Counted from the stretch's first letter, positions 27,966 through 40,646 are shown. The stretch: DNA of 64,000 nt from Octopus sinensis (GCF_006345805.1 NC_043021.1:27280001-27344000), one strand, 5' to 3'. Program-made: numbers and translations. The notes: generated from the letters alone by a model not told the origin.

Positions 27966-28363
27966 CACACAATTTTTATTTCTCTGCATTTCATTAGAAG
28001 CAGCCATCCCTGTTAGATTTATAACTGTTTTCAAGGCATTTCCCAGAATTACGTTTGGGATGAAATTGGTTTTAGCTGTCCACTGCTAATGTCACTTTAT
28101 TGCAGCAGAGAGTTATGGGAAGGACGTTCTGTCTTCCTAGCATGCGGCATTATCACTGGCTTTCAATTTTCTTACTATTAATTTTGGGTTCCATTCACCA
28201 GTCAGGAAATGGTTTGAGCCATGGCGTCTGGTCTCAGACTCTATTCATAGGATGTGCACTCATTTCTTTTCTTTTACTTGAGTTTTCCATTATATTTTGC
28301 TGTTAATGTAGTTTCTATGATGAGTCTTCTTGTTTTAGCTATTCTGTATAAGATAAGTTGTGA

Positions 28364-28670
28364 AGGCGCATGGTTAGAGCGTCGAGCTTACGATTGTGAG
28401 GTTGTGAGTTCGATTCCCGGACCGGGCTGCGTGTTGTGTTCTTGAGCAAGACACTTTGTTTCGCGTTGCTCCAGTTCACTCAGCTGTAGAAATGAGTTGC
28501 GACATCAATGGTGCCAAGCTGTATCGGCCCCTTTGCCTTTCCCTTGGATAACATCGGTGGCATGGCGACTGCTGGCCTTCCATAAACAACCTTGCCCGGA
28601 CTTGTACCTCGGAGGGTAACTTTCTAGGTGCAATCCCATGGTCATTCATGACCGAAGGGGGTTTCACATA
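28364..28670 (+). mobile_element. tRNA-derived SINE (family C-related)
   Basis: Head gtgaaggcgcatggttagagcgtcgagc...gttcgattcccggaccgg. Related copies lie at 11465-11640 (-), 54895-55160 and 59599-59840. Confidence 0.75.
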
Positions 28671-29229
28671 AGATAAATTCCTCTAAACAATAAAGTGAGT
28701 AGCTACATCATGGTGCCAGTTGAATGTTACTACTAGTTTAACCCCAGGCAGATTCTCCACCAACTGGTTTTTGGTGTAATGCTCTACACTCTTTATATAC
28801 AATACATTGCTAGCAGGAGGAGCGAGCCCCTACTACCCTCCAGCAGCTAACAGGATTGCAGGCCTGGCCCAGTTTCCAGCTATTTGGCTCATCCTCAGCC
28901 TCATGCACCTGCACACTGGAGTGATGGCTAAGATCTGCTTCTGCCAGCGATATATTGTAAACAAAGTGACCATTGGTCACTGATTTGCAACAAACAAAAT
29001 AGTTTTAAAATCTAAAGAAGAGATGAGAATAATAACAATAAAGAGTAAACAGTAAAGCAAGTATCCACATCAAAGTGGCAGATGAATGTTACCCCTGGTT
29101 TCGGTGTAGAGTGTTACACGGGAGACCAGCTGGCAGAGAGCCTTACCTGCAATTAACCTGACAGTAACATTTAACTGCCACTTTGATGTCGCTACTCACT
29201 TGACTGTTTAGTATACTAGTCTATCTCTT

Positions 29230-29620
29230 ACGCTTTTACTCTCTTACTTCTTTCAGTCATGTGACTGTGGCCATGCTGGAGTGCCACCTTTAGCCGAGCA
29301 AATCGATCTCAGGACTTATACTTTGTAAGCCTAGTACTTATTCTATCGGTCTCTTTTGCCGAACTGCTAAGTTATGGGGATGTAAACACACCAGCATTGG
29401 TTGTCAAGCAATGTTGGGGGGGACAAACACAGACGCACAAATACACACACACACATATATATATACATATATACGGCAGGCTTCTTTCAGTTTCTGTCTA
29501 CCAAATCCACTCACAAGGCTTTGGTCAGCCTGAGGCTATAGTAGAAGACACTTGCCCAAGGTACCACGCAGTGAACCATGTGGTTGGTAAGCTGCTAATT
29601 ACAACACGGCCACTCCTACG
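29230..29620 (-). mobile_element. SINE family A
   Basis: Reverse complement of the 17830-18236 consensus. Confidence 0.88.
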
Positions 29621-29719
29621 CCTTTTATAAATCACTCTGTTTTAATTAGGTTAGCTACTTAGAGATGCCATCTTGCATGGAAGGGAATAGTTAAGTTGTT
29701 TGTTTTTAAATAGTTGTGC

Positions 29720-30120
29720 TGGCAAAATGGTTAGCGAGATGGGCAGAATGCTTAGCAACATTTCATCCGTCTTTGTGTTCTGAGTTCAAATTCTGCTGGG
29801 GTCAACTTTGCCATTTACTCTTTCAGGGTTGATAAATTTAGTACCAGTTGAATATGGGGGTTGATGTAATTCACTAGACCCCTTCTGCCTTTAGTAGAAA
29901 TGATTATCATTATTATTATTATTACGGTGGTGAGCTGACAGAATCGTTAGCATGCCAGGCAAAATGCTTAGTGGCATTTCATCTGTCTCGTGTTCAGAGT
30001 TCAAATTCTGTCAGGGTCAGCTCTGCCTTTTGTCCTTTCTGAGTTGATAAAATAGGTACCAGTTGAACCCTGGGGGTCAATGTAATATGACTTACCCCTC
30101 CCCCAAAATTGCTGTTCCTT
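29720..30120 (+). mobile_element. Two adjacent SINE family B copies
   Basis: The head-to-tail pair is separated by (ATT)n; the same arrangement recurs at 32773-33280. Confidence 0.75.
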
Positions 30121-30127
30121 TGTCAAA

Positions 30128-30160
<33 letters not shown>

Positions 30161-30194
30161 CATTATTATTATTATTATTATTATCATTATTATT

Positions 30195-30227
<33 letters not shown>

Positions 30228-30233
30228 TATTAA

Positions 30234-32666
30234 AAAAGGTGTAGGTAGAAACTCTATAAGATGCACCAAGTGTAAGCTATGGACACATAAGAGGTGCAGC
30301 AATGTCAAAGGAAGGCTAACTAGGAAAATAGTTTTTGTCTGTGGCAAATGCTCAGGAGCAATAAACACTGGAAATATGCAGAGACCAACTTCTGCCACGT
30401 TCCAGGGAGACAAACTAGAAGTAGTTGATAGCTTCCGCTACCTAGGAGACCAAGTCAGTAGCGGGGGGGGTGTGCTGAAAGTGTAACTGCTAGAGTAAGA
30501 ATAGCCTGGGCAAAGTTTAGAGAGCTCTTACCCCTGCTGGTGACAAAAGGCCTCTCGCTCAGAGTAAAAGGCAGACTGTATGATGCATGTGTACGTACAG
30601 CCATGCTACATGGTAGTGAAACATGGGCCGTGACTGCTGAGGATATGCGTAAGCTCGCAAGAAATGAAGCCAGTATGCTCCGATGGATGTGTAATGTCAG
30701 TGTTCATAATCGTCAGAGTGTAAGTTCCTTGAGAGAAAAGTTGAACCTAAGAAGCGTCAGTTGTGGCGTGCAAGAGAGACGGCTGCGCTGGTATGGTCAT
30801 GTGACAAGAAAGGCTGAAGATAGTTGTGTGCAAAAGTGCTACACCCTAGCAGTGGAGGGAACCTGTGGAAGAGGTAGACCCAGGAAAACCTGGGACGAGG
30901 TGGTGAAGCACGACCTTCGAACTTTAGGTCTCACTAAGGAAATGTCTAGAGACCGAGACCTATGGAAGTATGCTGTGCATGAGAAGACCCGGCAAGACTA
31001 GTCAGGCCATAACCCGTGCCCCGACCGGGGACGTAGTCAGTCCTGTGCATACCTTCCTTCTTGTGACACTTATGAAGACCTGTTGAGGCAAGTGAAAATC
31101 AAATCAAATCAAAACAAATCAAAATAGATGAACATCAGTGGAATTGTATTCTTCGTGGTACCAGTGCCGGTGGCACACAAGAAAACCACCCAAACGTGGC
31201 CGTAACCAGTACCGCATCGACTGGCCTCCGTGCTGTGGGCACAACACACACCATCCGATCGTGGCCGTTCGCCAGCCTCATCTGGCACCTGTGCCGGTGG
31301 CACATAAAGACACCATCCGAAGACCCGGCGACGTAGTCAGTCCACCTGTGCATACCTTCCCTCTTATGACACTTGTGAAGACCTGTTGAGGCAAGTGTGT
31401 GACACTTGTGAAGACCTGTTGAGGCAGAGGCAAGTGTGTGACACTTGTGGAGACCTGTTGAGGCAAGTGTGTGACCCTTGTGAAGACCTGTTGAGGCAAG
31501 TGAAAATCAAACCAAATCAAAATAGATGAATATCAATGGAATTTGTATCTTTGTGGTTCCAGTACCGGTGGCACACAAGAAAACCATCCGAACGTGGCCG
31601 TCGACTGGCCTCCGTGCTGTGGGCACAACAAACACCATCTGATCGTGGCCGTTCGCCAGCCTCACCTGGCACCTGTGTCGGTGGCACATAAAAACACCAC
31701 CACCATCCAAAGACCCGGCGACGTAGTCAGTCCACCTGTGCTTACCTTCCCTCTTATGACACTTGTGAAGACCTGTTGAGGCAGAGGCAAGTGTGTGACA
31801 CTTGTGAAGACCTGTTGAGGCAGAGGCAAGTGTGTGACACTTGTGGAGACCTGTTGAGGCAAGTGTGTGACACGCGTGACACTTGTGAAGACCTGTTGAG
31901 GCAAGTGAAAATCAAACCAAATCAAAATAGATGAACATCAATGGAATTTGTATCTTTGTGGTTCCAGTACCGGTGGCACACAAGAAAACCATCCGATCGT
32001 GGCCGTTCGCCAGCCACATCTGGCACCTGTGTCGGTGGCACATAAAGACACCATCCGAAGACCCGGCGACGTAGACAGTCCACCTATGCATACCTTCCTT
32101 CTTGTGACACTGTGAAGACCTGTTGAGGCAAGTGAAAATCAAATCAAATCAAATCAAATCAAATCAAATTAAAACAAATCAAAATAGATGAACATAAATG
32201 GAATTTGTATCTTTGTGGTACCAGTGCCGGTGGCACACAAGAAAATCATCCGAACGTGGCCGTAGCCAGTACCGCATAGACTGGCCTCCGTGCTTGGGGA
32301 CGTAACAAACACCATCCGATCGTGGCCGTCCGCCAGCCTCATCTGGCACCTGTGTCGGTGGCACATAAAAACACCATCCGAGCGTGGCCGTCTGCCAGCC
32401 TCGTCTGGCACCTGTGTCGGTGGCACATAAAAACACCATCCGAGTGTGGCCGTTCGCCAGCCTCGTCTGGCACCTGTGTCGGTGGCACATAAAATCACCC
32501 ACTACACTCTCGGAGTGGTTGGCGTTAGGAAGGGCATCCAGCTGTAGAAACACTGCCAGATCTGACTGGCCTGGTGCAGCCTTCGGGCTCCCCAGACCCC
32601 AGTTGAACCGTCCAACCCATGCTAGCATGGAAAACGGACGCTAAATGATGATGATGATGATGATGA
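30234..32666 (+). mobile_element. 5'-truncated RTE LINE with tandemly expanded 3' UTR
   Basis: Coding remnant 30234-31001 (KGVGRNSIRC...GRGRPRKTW...EKTRQD*) is closely similar to 19682-20452, with a frameshift in a poly-G run. Four 3'-UTR units follow, then the shared tail with (GAT)n. Confidence 0.92.
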
Positions 32667-32668
32667 TT

Positions 32669-32733
<65 letters not shown>

Positions 32734-33587
32734 CATTATTATTATTATCTTTATCATTATTATTATTATTATGGCAGTGAGCTGGTAGAATCATTAGCAC
32801 ACTGGTTGAAATGCTTAGCAGTATTTTGCTTGTCTTCATGTTCTGAGTTCAAATTCCACTGAGGTTGACTTTGCTTTTCAGCATCAATAAATTAAGTAGC
32901 CGTGATACACTGGGGTTGATGTAATCGACTTGTCCTCTCCCCCAAAATGTCAGGCCTTGTGCCTTCAGTAGAAAGGATTATTATTATTATTATTATTATT
33001 ATCATTATTATTATTATTATTATTATTATCATTATTATTATTGTTGTTGTTGTTGTTATTGTTATTAAGATGGCAAGCTGGCAGAATTGTTAACGTGTTG
33101 GGCAATATACTTAGCAGTATTTTGTGTGTCTTTAGGCTCTGAGTTCAAATTCTATGAGGTTGACTTTTCCCTTTATCCTTTCATGATCAATAAAATAAGT
33201 TGAGCCCTGGGGTTGATGTGATCCCCCTGTCCCTCTCCCATCAAATTTCAGGCTTTGTGCCTATGGTAAAAGGGATTATTATTATTTATAAAAATGGTAA
33301 GAGAGGATGGTACCTCTCTAAGTGTAGACTTGTGAGTTGGATATAGGGAATTGGAAGAGGCACTTGCTCTTGGTGATCAGGGAAATCTCGGGCAGTGGGT
33401 TTCCTCGATTATCCCTAGGGGGTCATCCTGTATCAGGAGAGCTGCATCTCTTTAACCACCTTCTTTTTTTATTCTTTAAAACTATTTTATCATTTCATTA
33501 TATGTAAATCCCCACAATTTGTGTCTGCTTTTGAATTTTCCCCCTCATCTACTCTGGTGACAAATAAATGAAATCATCATCATCATC

Positions 33588-33619
<32 letters not shown>

Positions 33620-34175
33620 TATTGAGTGAGAGAGCAGCACATGCCATCAAAGTGTGACTGGCATAAATATACAAAGCCCAGAATACCCATCATGACTACC
33701 CATCTGATAAGGGTACACCAGGCACATGCATCACAACCATATGTGCGCAACATGGTGATCTCATATCAAGATAAACAGCGCATGACCTTACAGGTGGGGC
33801 CCAGTTAGAATTTTCTTCTTGTCGAGTAGCCCATCCTGCTCAAAAGGTCCCTGAATAAGGGTTGTTTAAGGATGTTGAGGGAAACATCCATGTTTCCAGA
33901 GGTGAATTATTCAAGCCCCAAAGAATCCCTCTCAACACATGGCTATGATGCTCCCCCACTACTTCTGCTTGTGATCAGAGATGCACATATCGTCAGCCAT
34001 TAAGGAACATGCTCAACTGGCTAAGGTCAAACAACTGACAAGCAAACCTGTGGTATTGAGCAGAATATTTGCTGTAGCCCATCTTTTATAGCAAGACAAA
34101 ACAATGTACATGATAACACTTCCAATCAGTTAAGATCAGAAGCCATGAGAGCCACTGCCTGGTACTACATCAGGG

Positions 34176-34180
<5 letters not shown>
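33620..34180 (-). mobile_element. Interspersed non-coding repeat flanked by (TAA)n tracts
   Basis: GC-richer block between ATT microsatellites with no ORF. Family assignment is uncertain. Confidence 0.45.
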
Positions 34181-34199
<19 letters not shown>

Positions 34200-34211
<12 letters not shown>

Positions 34212-34530
34212 CATTATCCAGTAGTTTTATTTTTATATCGTGCTTTCACTTCACTACCGAGCGCAGCTCTGTGTGCCTTGGGTATGTTCTGTGATTTGTT
34301 GTGATGCTCTGATGGTTATTGTATGGAAAGTGTTCTGCGTAGGATGTGTGCAGTGCCTAGTAGTGCAATTTTCTGTATGTTATATGTGTTTGTAAGTCCT
34401 GGTGTTTTTGTTATGTATTTGTCTGAATATTTTTTTATCATGCCTAATGCACCTACTATGATAGGAATTGTTTCTGTTTTCAGATTCCACATTCTGGTCA
34501 TCTCTATTTCCAGGTCTTTGTATTTTACTA
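34200..34530 (-). mobile_element. R4/Dong-like non-LTR element, 3' end
   Basis: KY(K)DLEIEMTRMWNLKTETIPIIVGALGMIKK...IQKIALLGTAHILRRTLSIQ*, then a short UTR and (TAA)n. Confidence 0.8.
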
Positions 34531-34575
34531 TTTATTATTATTATTATTATTATTGTTATTATTTTTAATTTATAG

Positions 34576-34639
34576 GTTTCTGGAGATTCCTCATGTTTTG
34601 ATGCTGATGCAGATAAAGTGGTCTGGTTACCTCCATCAG
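34576..34639 (+). CDS. SLC4A1AP: Kanadaptin penultimate coding exon
   Basis: Acceptor atttttaatttatag and donor G|GTAAGT at 34640. Translates VSGDSSCFDADADKVVWLPPS, comparable to the kanadaptin DDPDYCVWVPP motif. Confidence 0.85.
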
Positions 34640-35738
34640 GTAAGTTTTCTTTTTTATTAAGACAGGTGTTGCATTTCATATTTATTCGACATCTTCTGTG
34701 TAGGCAATGCTGTCTGCTTCAGCAGATCTGTGTGCAACCATGTGGTTCTCTGTTTGATTTCACTCCAGAGTATCTTCAACCATTGTCTTTACGGCCTTGT
34801 ATCAATCAAAGCCTTGTGACTAATGATTGATGGAAACAGTAAGAACCCAATGCAATCATCTTCATCATCATTTCTCATGCATGCAAGAAACTACAGACAA
34901 ATACGAAAATGTATTCTAATCAGAGATGAAAAAAGGAGGTACCTTTAGACAACTCACCTGATGAGACACACCTGCACAAAATGATGCCCTACAACTGATT
35001 GTATAGGGTCTTGTGAGGGACCAATACATAAGGGATCAAAACCATTCTAGTGATTAATAAAGAATTTCGTGAATTACATTTTCTTTCTCTTTCTCTCATG
35101 TTATATATAAATATATATATATATATCATCATCATCATCATCATCATTTAATGTCTGTTTTCCATGCTGGCATGGGTTAGATGGTTTGACTGAATGCTTG
35201 TAAGCTGGAGAGCTGCACAAAGGTTCCACTCTGATTTGGCATGGTTTCTACTGCTGGATACCCTTCCTTATGCCAACCATTTCATGAGTGTAGTGGGTGC
35301 TTTTTATGTGCCAGTTATGAAACACTGGCATTGACCATAATTACGATCTCACTTGGCTTCTCAAGCCGGGCACAATGCTAAAGTTCTCAGTCACTTGTCA
35401 CTACCCCCCCCCCACTGTGAGGCCCAGAGTTCAAAGGGTGTTTTTTATGTGTCACCAGCATGGGTGACAGATACACACACACATGCACGCACACACCAAT
35501 ATACCAATATCAAACCATGACACCACATGACCTTTGTTGACCAATTGCAGCCCACCTTAAGGTAATAACAGTTAACTTCTTTCATTCAAATTCAAAATGG
35601 CTGAAGACTAGCACCACTCTTGAAACTTGGAGTACCAGCAAGTTTGAATCAAACTGTTTTGATCCATACTTGTGACTCCCAATAAATTGGTTGAATGCTC
35701 TTCTTTCATTTGCCCACTCACACGTGTGTTTGTGTATA

Positions 35739-35776
<38 letters not shown>

Positions 35777-35780
<4 letters not shown>

Positions 35781-36164
35781 AAATAAATAACAAGGATATC
35801 CAGAGGTAATGCAATACGATTGTTTCATGCGACTCCATTTAATTGAACAATGCAAATATTACATCAATTTAAAATGTAGAGCAATCTTCAGTGATAAGCC
35901 GTGTCTTGTTTGAAAAAATCTCAGTTACAACTGATGTTGTTGGTAAAACATGTTCTTTGTCTATCTCCTTATCCTCTTGGTGATTTTGGATAAAAAAATT
36001 TTAACAAATGAGTCCTTCGAATTTAACTAAATTTTATATTTTTATGCTGCTGAAGATTGCTCTACATTCTAAATTGATGTAATGTTCACATTGTTCAATT
36101 AAATGGAGTCACATGAAACAATTGTACTGCATTACCTTTGGATATCCTTGTTGCTTATTTTGAT
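35777..36164. mobile_element. PLE-type terminal repeat with inverted partial copy
   Basis: 115-bp inverted arms at 35777-35891 and 36050-36164. Confidence 0.8.
36044..36132 (+). ncRNA. Minimal hammerhead candidate
   Basis: ATGCTG-CTGAAGA-T.TG...CA.T-GAAAC-AATT-GTA-CTGCAT: 5 of 6 stem I pairs, a weak long stem II and a palindromic stem III loop. Confidence 0.55.
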
Positions 36165-36262
36165 TTTAATCACCCCATTTTGAATTATATGGATAATACC
36201 ATGCTAAATTCTGGTGCCTTCAACTTAAGTACCATATTATCTGAATCTAAATTTTATATATA

Positions 36263-36302
<40 letters not shown>

Positions 36303-36580
36303 TATATACATATATACATACATACATATATTATTGCTATAATGTTAAACTGCCGTATGTCCAAATTTTGGCTAAATGCGTATTTTTTCAATATTTATTT
36401 TTGCTTGCAATAACCGGTTCTTTTGGTCAAACTGTCGTATCTCCAGCTGCTTCAGATGCCAAGATATCAAAAATTGTCAAAGTGTAGGACAACGGTTTTG
36501 CTATGGAATGGTGGAACTATTTTCTCATTTTCTGAAAAAGGAATCTTTTGGACTTATGACACTTTTGCATAATAACAACA

Positions 36581-36633
<53 letters not shown>

Positions 36634-36745
36634 CAACTGGCTTCTTTCAGTTTCATTCTACCAAATCCATTTACATGGCTTTGGTTGGCACAGGGCTATG
36701 GCTGAAGACACTTGCCCATGATGCTATGCTCTGGGACTGAACATC

Positions 36746-37168
36746 TTAGTTAGTTAATGTTTTGGCTCAAAAAGCAAGGCCATGTAGGGGGACATGGAGT
36801 TATGTACAGGGTGGTGTTCATGTAAAGAGTTCAGGCCACTTGTGGTCAAGGGAGACTTTGAACCGAGCGGTCGTAGGCATCTTCACCATCTCATCCGGCA
36901 GCTTATTCCACGGATCCGCAACCCAGACAGAGAAAGCCCCTCTCCTTCGATTGGGATGAAATCGTCGCAGATAGAGCTTTTCAGAATGACCCCGCAGCCG
37001 ACGCTCTGGAGCAAGAGTGAAGAACAGCTCTTTCGAGAGGTTACACTTCCCGCTTATGATGTTGTGAGCAAGAATGAGATCACCACGGCGTCGTTGTTTT
37101 TCTAGAGAATAAAGGTCGAGCGTCTTCGGCCTTTCTTCATAAGACAAATTCTTGAGACCAAGAGCCTT
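36746..37168 (-). mobile_element. CR1-clade LINE 3' fragment nested in a SINE A copy
   Basis: LSYEERPKTLDLYSLEKQRRRGDLILAHNII...LRGHSEKL...FSVWVADPWNKLP...FKVSLD with a (TAAC)n-like tail. The SINE resumes at about 37169. Confidence 0.88.
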
Positions 37169-37397
37169 GTTGCTGGGAAGCAAGCTTCTTACCACGTAGC
37201 CATGCCTGCACCTATTAATTCCGTTACGTGGCCAGTATGCACCCCCCCTCCCCCCACCCTTGTATATGTCATTTCCTTCTTCTTGATGCATTCGTGCATT
37301 TTGTATATTTATTTACTTTTCATTTATTTGATTTTTATGCATTTTCTGTTTTTTTTTTGCTTATAATATTTATTGCAGCTCTACCATTTCTTTCCAG

Positions 37398-37447
37398 ATC
37401 AAACTGGTGATGGACGTACTTCTTTGAATGAGAAATATGGCTATTGA
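37398..37447 (+). CDS. SLC4A1AP: Kanadaptin terminal coding exon
   Basis: Acceptor ctaccatttctttccag. Phase 1 start gives (D)QTGDGRTSLNEKYGY*, matching the conserved kanadaptin C-terminus GQSGDGRTHLNDKYGY (recalled). Confidence 0.92.
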
Positions 37448-37644
37448 TCTCTCCAAGATTCCACTCTCCACCCCCACCCCCACCCCCCACTGGAACATTT
37501 CAAATCTCCATGAACTACTGATGCATTAAAACATTTCCAAACAAAACTCGCCTCTGTTTTAGTAAAACTCTTTCTTCTTCTCTATATGTGTATACACACA
37601 CATGAAAATATATAGGTGTGTGTATATATATATATACACACACA

Positions 37645-37823
37645 CACGAGGAGGTGTGGAACTTTTTCTGGCATTAAGGGTCTCACAAAAGGCCTTCTGA
37701 GTTCTTTAAGGACTGCTGCAGTAAGTGTGTGGATCTGAGGAGAATCTGTTGAATAAAATCATTAAAGGATCCTCCTGTATTTTCTTTTATCCAAAGCCAG
37801 GAACTTTCCAGCCTCACCCCTTG
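37645..37823 (+). mobile_element. Mariner-derived MITE/remnant
   Basis: Imperfect inverted ends (cgaggaggtgtggaactttttctggc / gccaggaactttccagcctcacccctt g). The internal aagtgtgtggatctgagg resembles a mariner C-terminus (KCVDLR). Confidence 0.55.
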
Positions 37824-37893
37824 TATAAGTGTGTGTATATATATCTATCTATATCATCATCATCATTGTCATTCAATGTCTGTTCTCCATGCT

Positions 37894-38210
37894 GGCAGGA
37901 GTTGGACTGTTTGACAGGAGTTGGACAATTTGACAGGAGTTGGACAGTTTGACAGGAGTTGGACAGTTTGACAGGAGTTGGACAGTTTGACAGGAATTGG
38001 ACAGCTTGACAGGAGTTGGACAGTTTGACAGAAATTGGACAGTTTGACAGGAGTTGGACAGTTTGACAGGAGTTGGACAGTTTGACAGGAGTTGGACAGT
38101 TTGACAGGAATTGGACAGTTTGACAGGAATTAGACAGTTTGACAGGAATTGGACAGTTTGACAGGAATTAGACAGTTTGACAGGAATTGGACGGTTTGAC
38201 AGGAGTTGGC
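37894..38210. repeat. 19-bp minisatellite, about 16.5 copies
   Basis: (gacaggagttggacagttt)n embedded in a minus-strand RTE tail fragment. Confidence 0.95.
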
Positions 38211-38473
38211 CAGCTGAAGAGCTGCTCAGGCTCCCTGTCTGATTTGGCAACCATTTCACAGTGTGCCAGGTGCTTTTATGCAGTACTAGCACCGGAGCTC
38301 TTATGTGGCACTGGCATGCATCCTTTTAATGTATAGCATCAGTACCCAAGAACCCACAAGATTAGGGGTTTATTCGTTTGACTTAAAAATTCTTCCAGCT
38401 TGTGTCCCAGCATGGTTGCATCATAACTACAGCAGAAACTAGTAACATATATATATACACTCACATACACACA

Positions 38474-38504
<31 letters not shown>

Positions 38505-39057
38505 CATCATCATCGTTTAATGCCTGTTTTCCATGCTAGCATGGGGTGGATGGTTTGATCGGGGGCTGCACCAGACTCCAGTCTGATCTGGCAGTGTTTC
38601 TACAGCTGGATGCCCTTCCTAACGCCAACCACTCCAAGAGTGTAGTGGGTGCTTTTTACATGTCACTGGCACAGGTGCCTGGGGAGGCTGGAAACGGCCA
38701 CGTTCGGTTGGTGCTTTTTACGTGCCACCGGCACGGAAACCAATCAAGGCGGCACTGGCATCAGCCACGTTTGGACGGTGCTTTTTACGTGCCACTGGCA
38801 CAGGTATCACAACTACAATTTCCATTTGATTTTATTTTGATGTTGATGTATTTGACTCAATAGGTCTCCTCAAGCACAGCGGGTCACCCTACGATCCAAG
38901 GTTAGCACAGCAGGCCGTCCTGCGATCCAAGGTACTTTGGATGGGATATATATATGTATATATATATAAAATTAAATAAGGGTAGAAATTGATATTAATC
39001 AATTAAAACCAGTGGTCTAGCATATTTAAAAAAATCCAAAGATTAAAAATTTTTTAC

Positions 39058-39615
39058 ATACAAAATTTAGAAGATTGACCACTAAAAGTGGACAACCTGT
39101 ATACTAGAAATAGATGTCAAAATCGCCATTTTCCACGGAGAATGTGTTCTCAAGAAAAAATTCAGCAAAAAACCAAAGCGTAAAAATAAGCAAGACAAAT
39201 GAAAATATACGAAATAAAAAACGATTACCTATGGACTATCTCAGCGCGCCAAAGTGAAGGCATTTGAAAGATACACATAAATAGAATTTATGGAACTCTA
39301 TGCAATGCTGGATTTCAGTCGAACGCCCTGTATCTAGTTCTAGAAATTATGCTTCATAAACGACAGATGATGCTGATGATCTTACAGACGTTTATGTATT
39401 CATATTCGTAAATTATTAACAAGTGAAACTAATTAGTCCATAGGTAATCGTTTTTTATTTCGTATATATGCACTTGTCTTGCTTATTTTTACGCTTTGGT
39501 TCTTTTGCTGAATTTTTTCTTGAGAACACAATCTCTGTGGAAAATGGCGATTTTGACATCTATTTCTAGTATACAGGCTGTCCACTTTTAGTGGTCAATC
39601 CTCTAAATTTTGTAT
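39058..39615. mobile_element. PLE-type terminal repeat with inverted partial copy
   Basis: About 180-bp inverted arms at 39058-39238 and 39434-39615. Confidence 0.85.
39370..39441 (+). ncRNA. Minimal hammerhead candidate
   Basis: ATG-CTGATGA-T.CTT...AAG.T-GAA-ACTAATTAGT-C-CAT: perfectly palindromic stem III, GUC triplet and a 3-bp stem I. Confidence 0.62.
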
Positions 39616-40210
39616 ATATATATATATATACACACACACTCTCGTGTTTGTATGTGTATGTATGTACACAGTATATAGTTGAGTATGAGTCCCCTACCCA
39701 AATTCTTCAGTTAAAATCAAGTTTGGAAGTGTGTGTCTTCCACCCCAGTAAATGGCTGTGTGGTTAAGAACTTTGCTTTGCTACTTGGTCATTTCTGGTT
39801 CAGTCTCAGTGTGCAGCATCTTCCTGGTCCTGTTATGAGATTTTTCTGAGGACTCATTCACCTTTCTTTTCGCATCTGCCGTTTTCTTTACTCTGGCATC
39901 TCCTCAATCTCTCCACACCTTACTTTGGTCATGTCATGGTTGATTGGGGCAGCCACACAGCAAGCACTTTCTTCTGATGTTTCCATCATTTGGTGTGGGG
40001 TTTTATTTATTTATTTATTTTGTATTCTTGGAAAGATGATTCTTTGAGATCAAAGAGTTCTTCGCACATATCCAGATATTCCCACAAGGTGGCTCCACTG
40101 CTGAGTATAGGATTAAAATAGTTGTTATCTCTAAATTTAACTGTTATCTTTGTGGCATATTTTTATTTCAATTAGTTACCCTAACCCTATCACAAGCTAT
40201 TTTATACACT

Positions 40211-40515
40211 AAATGTATATATATGTGTGTGTGTATATATACATATGTATATATATATGTGTGTATATGTGTGTATATGTGTGTGTATATATATGTGTCT
40301 GCATATATATGTGTATATATATATATATATGCATATATGTGTATATATATGTATATATATGTATGTATATATGTATATATATGTATGTATATATATATGT
40401 ATATATATATATATGTATATATATGTATGTATATATATGTATATATATGTATATATATGTATGTATATATATGTATATATATGTATGTATATATATATAT
40501 GTATGTATATATATG

Positions 40516-40552
<37 letters not shown>

Positions 40553-40646
40553 GTATATATATGTATGTATATATATGTATTATATATGTATGTATATATA
40601 TATATATATGTATGTATATATATATATATATGTATGTATATATATG

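Noticed and set aside
31368-31910. CRISPR-like 33-bp repeats
   Set aside because: The repeats are directly adjacent with no unique spacers, there are no cas genes, and they lie in a eukaryotic LINE 3' UTR.
34945-35015. ctcac-CTGATGA-GAC...GTC-tt-gtgag
   Set aside because: Stems I and II pair, but the GAAA and stem III segment is absent, so it cannot be functional.
37525-37757. Poly(A) signal candidates ATTAAA (37525) and AATAAA (37752, inside a mariner remnant)
   Set aside because: The site cannot be chosen without 3'-end data, so no terminator was annotated.
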